Of a DNA stretch of 64,000 bases, positions 60,227-64,000 are shown one piece after another. The notes below the pieces were generated by a model. That model was not told the origin of the DNA, searched no databases, and saw only the letters and a program-made list of their open reading frames with translations. Both the position numbers and the translations under genes were made by a program. The stretch is taken from NCBI GenBank assembly GCA_905178155.1, contig CAJINV010000009.1, positions 2,147,373-2,211,372 on the forward strand, written 5' to 3'. How positions within the stretch are numbered: position 1 is the first letter of the stretch; every line of letters starts with the position of its first letter. The DNA comes from Amoebophrya sp. A120 (taxonomy: Eukaryota > Protista > Dinoflagellata).

Positions 60227-63200
60227 TTAGCAGTATGACATACCAGCGGCCGACGCGGCTGTTGGTGAAGTTGTGCCCTGCAATATCAGCTGGTTTCTCT
60301 GGCGCATGTAGGCAATGGAATCCAGCAGCTTGCTGAAGTCCTCCTCAAACTTCAACCCATATCCAACATGTTTTTTCTGTCTGAACGCTTTCAGGCTGGT
60401 ACCGGTTTCCCCAAGCCGAGCTTCTTCTAGGGAATTGTCTTCGGCGTTTTTTTCCTTTATCAAGAACCACCCCTCCTCTGAGTACCGCAGCTTGAGAAGA
60501 CGGTCAAGCTTCAGGACAAAACGGTTCAAATGCAGTACTGATAGTGGTGCTGGAGGTCGTGCTGACGCGTCGCCTCCACTAGATCCGTTTGCTCCTCCTT
60601 CGTGCGCACCATTATTTGGTTCTGTGCCTCCTGCTGCGGCAGAGATATGCGCAAGCGATCGCTCATCCAAAGAGAGCGGCTCGTCTGGTTCGTGTCTCAG
60701 GAAGAACTTGGTCAAATTCGTGTCCCGTTCGATCAGCGTTCGGAGTAGACCAACCATGCGCTCCAGCACATTGCCCTGCGGCTTATTCGACAGAGAGGAA
60801 ACTTGGCGGCCACTGTTCGTGTATCGCGCGCGGTGGTCTAGCATCATTTGATGGCTCATCTTCCGCCCCGAAGCTGACCCGGGCCGCGAAAAAAAGTGTG
60901 TGTCGTGGCTGCTGGCTGGGTCATAGAGGACATGACCTTCGTCATCCTCTCTACAATCAAAGGGCACGTAGGACATCTGTTCTTTCCGAAACTCGTCGCG
61001 CCGCCAAGGGATCTCGATCTGTCCGTCGTGCGTCCATGTCGTCCATGCCGCACTGTATGGTGGCACCAGATGCAGCGAGAAGCCCATGGTGAACAAGGCA
61101 CGTAGGTTCAGAAATTCGTGGTTTTCGCGCAAAAAAATAGCGCCGGCTTCTTCAAGTTTCGGGGACACCGCGGTGAAATCTTCGTCTCCGGTCCAGTTTT
61201 TCCGTCGGGCGGGCCCCGGTAACCGAGCTGTTTTTACTCCGTCCGAGGCAGTGCTCAGCGAGCTAGAAGACTTAGTTCGAGGCCTACTGAATGCTGGGCC
61301 ATGCGGTGATCTACTTGAAGAGGTGTTCGTAATGCTAGCTGCTACTTCCTGGCCGGATGCAGCTGCGTCTTCTCCAGAAGCTGCACCAACATGTTGGCTT
61401 CTCTGCTTCTCCATCTCCTCCTCGTCCGCCCGGGCTGATAGTAGCACGAGCAGCTGGCGGTAAAACTCCGCGATCAGTCGCTGCTGCGGCATGTTCGCGA
61501 CCTTGCCCAACCACTTCCACGTGTAGAGGTAGCGTGCGTACTGGTGTTGCGCCAGCCACACAAAGGGGAACGCGTTGACGAAGCGTTGCAGAACCTGGGA
61601 GCGCAACAGGTCGTTATTTTTCGGGACTTGTTCTGGCAAGCCCTTGGCCCTTTCGTTCTCTCGGTCCAAAAACTTTTCCAGGCTCTTGTAAGTTTCGGGG
61701 TGGAAAAACCGTGCGACAATCTTGTCACGCGCCTTCCGGACGTCGTCACGCAGGGCAGCATCCGGCAAAGCGAACGCCGCTGTCAAAGTGCGAACTCCGA
61801 CCTCGTCTGTGATCAAAGTTACGAAGCGTTCCTCGCTTTCGAATAAGCTTAGCAGCAAAGTTTGCCTCTTCTCCCAAATCGCTTGCTCCATCATCCGCGC
61901 GCCCTCGCTCGCCGGCGTCTCCGCAAGATTTTCGGCATCGAGAGGCTGCAAGAGTGCAAGGACGATGTACCCTCCGGACTCGAACGCATTGGTTGCGAAG
62001 TGTTCCACATGCATGGTCACATGATCGAGCAGTCGAGGCAGGCTCCCTCCTTGCAAAATCCGCTCGGTCACTGCTTCGTGGTCCGTGTATGCCGCCCTGT
62101 GAAATAAATGATCAAGCTCGTCAAGTACAGAAGACATCTCTACCGGATTAAGAAGTAAGTTAGTAAGTAGGTGGAGACTACGAGCCCGTCTTCCTAGGTC
62201 CAGCTCAACATCCACAGAAAGGGGGTGACCAGGTCCGCATTTGTATTCGGTACTATCGGTTAAAAACTAAACACACTCATACACAAGATAGCTTGTCTGT
62301 GACTACTTCACCTATCCTTTTGCAAAGACGACGAAAAAAAAACATCACCCATTGCAGCTCCTATGTAAGAAAGGAGAATCGCTCTCTGGAGCAGATTCGA
62401 CAAATTAAAATCTTAATCTTTGTAAACCAAAAAGTACTCAGCAGCTTCGCGCTCCAGCTCTTCGATGTTCTCTATCAGCGGAAAGTAACGAGCAATGGCC
62501 TGATAGCCAAACGCCACCTGCTCCCGCTCTTTGTCGCTCCCGAATCCGCGGCTGTGCCTGCCAGGAACGCCGGTACGCCAAAGCAGGGGAAGATCCGGCT
62601 CGTCTTTGTTTGGCAGGTACTGAATCACCAGTTGCCGCAAGGCATTGAAGTCACCTAAAATCGCTCGGGCCCAAGGCTGCACTTGCTGCACAACAATTGG
62701 CTGAATCGCTGGTAGCGCCACAGCTTCGCGACCATTGAAGGTGTCACCTTTGGGGTCTTGCAAAAGCACGTCACCGAGCTGCTGCCAGTAGCCTTTATCC
62801 ATCACCATCCCCGTATTTCCCGCCGGGTAGAACTGCTGTTGTGGTGCTGACAATGATGCCGCCGCTACGCATTGGAAAATTTTGTCTAGCTTCTTCACTA
62901 TCTTTTGGCGCTCCAAAAGGTTCAATCTCCGCCCAACAAGTTCGAGATCCAGCTGCGGGGCAACTACTTCTTCTTGTCGGGAAGACACTTCTGGTGCACG
63001 CAGCTGCAACAGCAACTTCCGGCTGCCCTTCTTTTCATTGGCAGCCCGGGCGCTGCGTTGCTGGTGCTCCTCCGCTCTCGCGCCATCTTCTACCTCCCAT
63101 GCCATAGCTTCATCCTCATACCACGCTCGTTGGTTCCTCGTTCTCCTGGTCTTGTCCTTTCCGTGCCCACTCGCTCCGCCGCGAACATGACTTCCAGCGC

Positions 63201-63984
63201 TGATCCCTGTGGTCGTCCACCGCCCCCGCGAATGATCTTCATCCTTGTTGTATGCCTGCGTGGAGGACGTGCCAAGCCCGGTCCAGGAACTCCACGGCGA
63301 GGCCGAATCGTTTTGTCGCCGCGGTTCCTTGCACTTGTCCGCTTCCAATTCCTCTTGAATTTTTTCGTGCAAACGTCGAATTTCATTGACATCGACTTGA
63401 TGTGCAGCAGCTGTAGCGCCACCTGCGCCGTCGACATCCATCAAGTCGCACCAGCGCGCGCGTTGTTCTCCAGTACTTTCTCGTCCCTGACTCGGGGCGC
63501 CAGCGGAGCTGCTGCTCTTTTTAGACGCAACCTCTTCCTCCTCAAACCCAGCACCAGCCGCTCCTGCAGCTACGTCGCCCCAAAGAGGGCCGGAAGTTTC
63601 GGTGCTTCCACAGGATGCGTGTGAGAACAAGCCGCAGTTGGAATGCTGCTCTTCATGCGAAGATGAAATCGACGCTAAGAGTGAACCTTGTTTCATCCGT
63701 TCGTCAACAACAACATGTCGAGGCGATACGTCTTCTGACGCCTTTTGTTCATCTTGTGATGGTGTCCATTTCTTATTCTTCCCCGAATGTTGGCCGGCTC
63801 TTTTGCTTTCGCTCACATCTTCCAGGCGCTGCTGCTGCAGCAGAGCTGCTGCTTGGATGCGGCTTGAGTCAGTAACAGTATCACGAAACTCCTCAACAGG
63901 AGCTTGTTGCAGAGGCCCGTCGACATGGTGGCTCCTCTCGGTCGTCCTCGCACCCTCTGAGCGTCCTCCTCTTTCTCTTCTCAT
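60227..63984 (-). CDS. Large hypothetical protein (at least ~1190 aa), possibly with degenerate Pumilio-like helical repeats; exons 63984-62438, 62252-60227
   Basis: GT-AG intron 62253-62437 joins EREAA|DTEYKCGPGHPLSVDVELD in frame. The 5' end may extend beyond the window. Confidence 0.65.
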
Positions 63985-64000
63985 CTCGGGAGTGGAACCA

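Noticed and set aside
1-64000. rRNA, tRNA or dinoflagellate spliced-leader sequence
   Set aside because: None recognised by eye; tRNAscan-SE or Infernal would be needed to exclude them formally.

Overview
This is eukaryotic protist DNA, not a prokaryotic locus. I infer an alveolate, and the architecture fits a parasitic dinoflagellate such as Amoebophrya. All 14 genes I can reconstruct lie on the minus strand: CFAP77-like exon 1, a ~2050-aa PAM2-motif protein, a low-complexity coiled-coil protein, a protein with nine RanBP2 zinc fingers, a diacylglycerol kinase, a secreted repeat protein, a PhyH-like dioxygenase, an RMND1/DUF155 protein, a secreted tandem 6-Cys protein and several unknowns. 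The genes carry ordinary GT-AG introns plus a second class of intervening sequence. Six short elements (109-319 bp) have TAT...ATA ends, 30-53 bp terminal inverted repeats (TIRs), perfect 5-bp target-site duplications (TSDs) and a shared GCATGACAAA motif. One 3035-bp element has TIRs, an 8-bp TSD, a palindromic satellite and nested inverted repeats. For all seven, removing the element plus one TSD copy gives a continuous host reading frame, yet no boundary register gives a GT-AG, GC-AG or AT-AC pair. Two homologous copies sit in opposite orientations relative to their host genes. An intergenic MITE-like element lies at 59355-60205. Gene models were spliced by hand; product names come from motif recognition only, not database searches.
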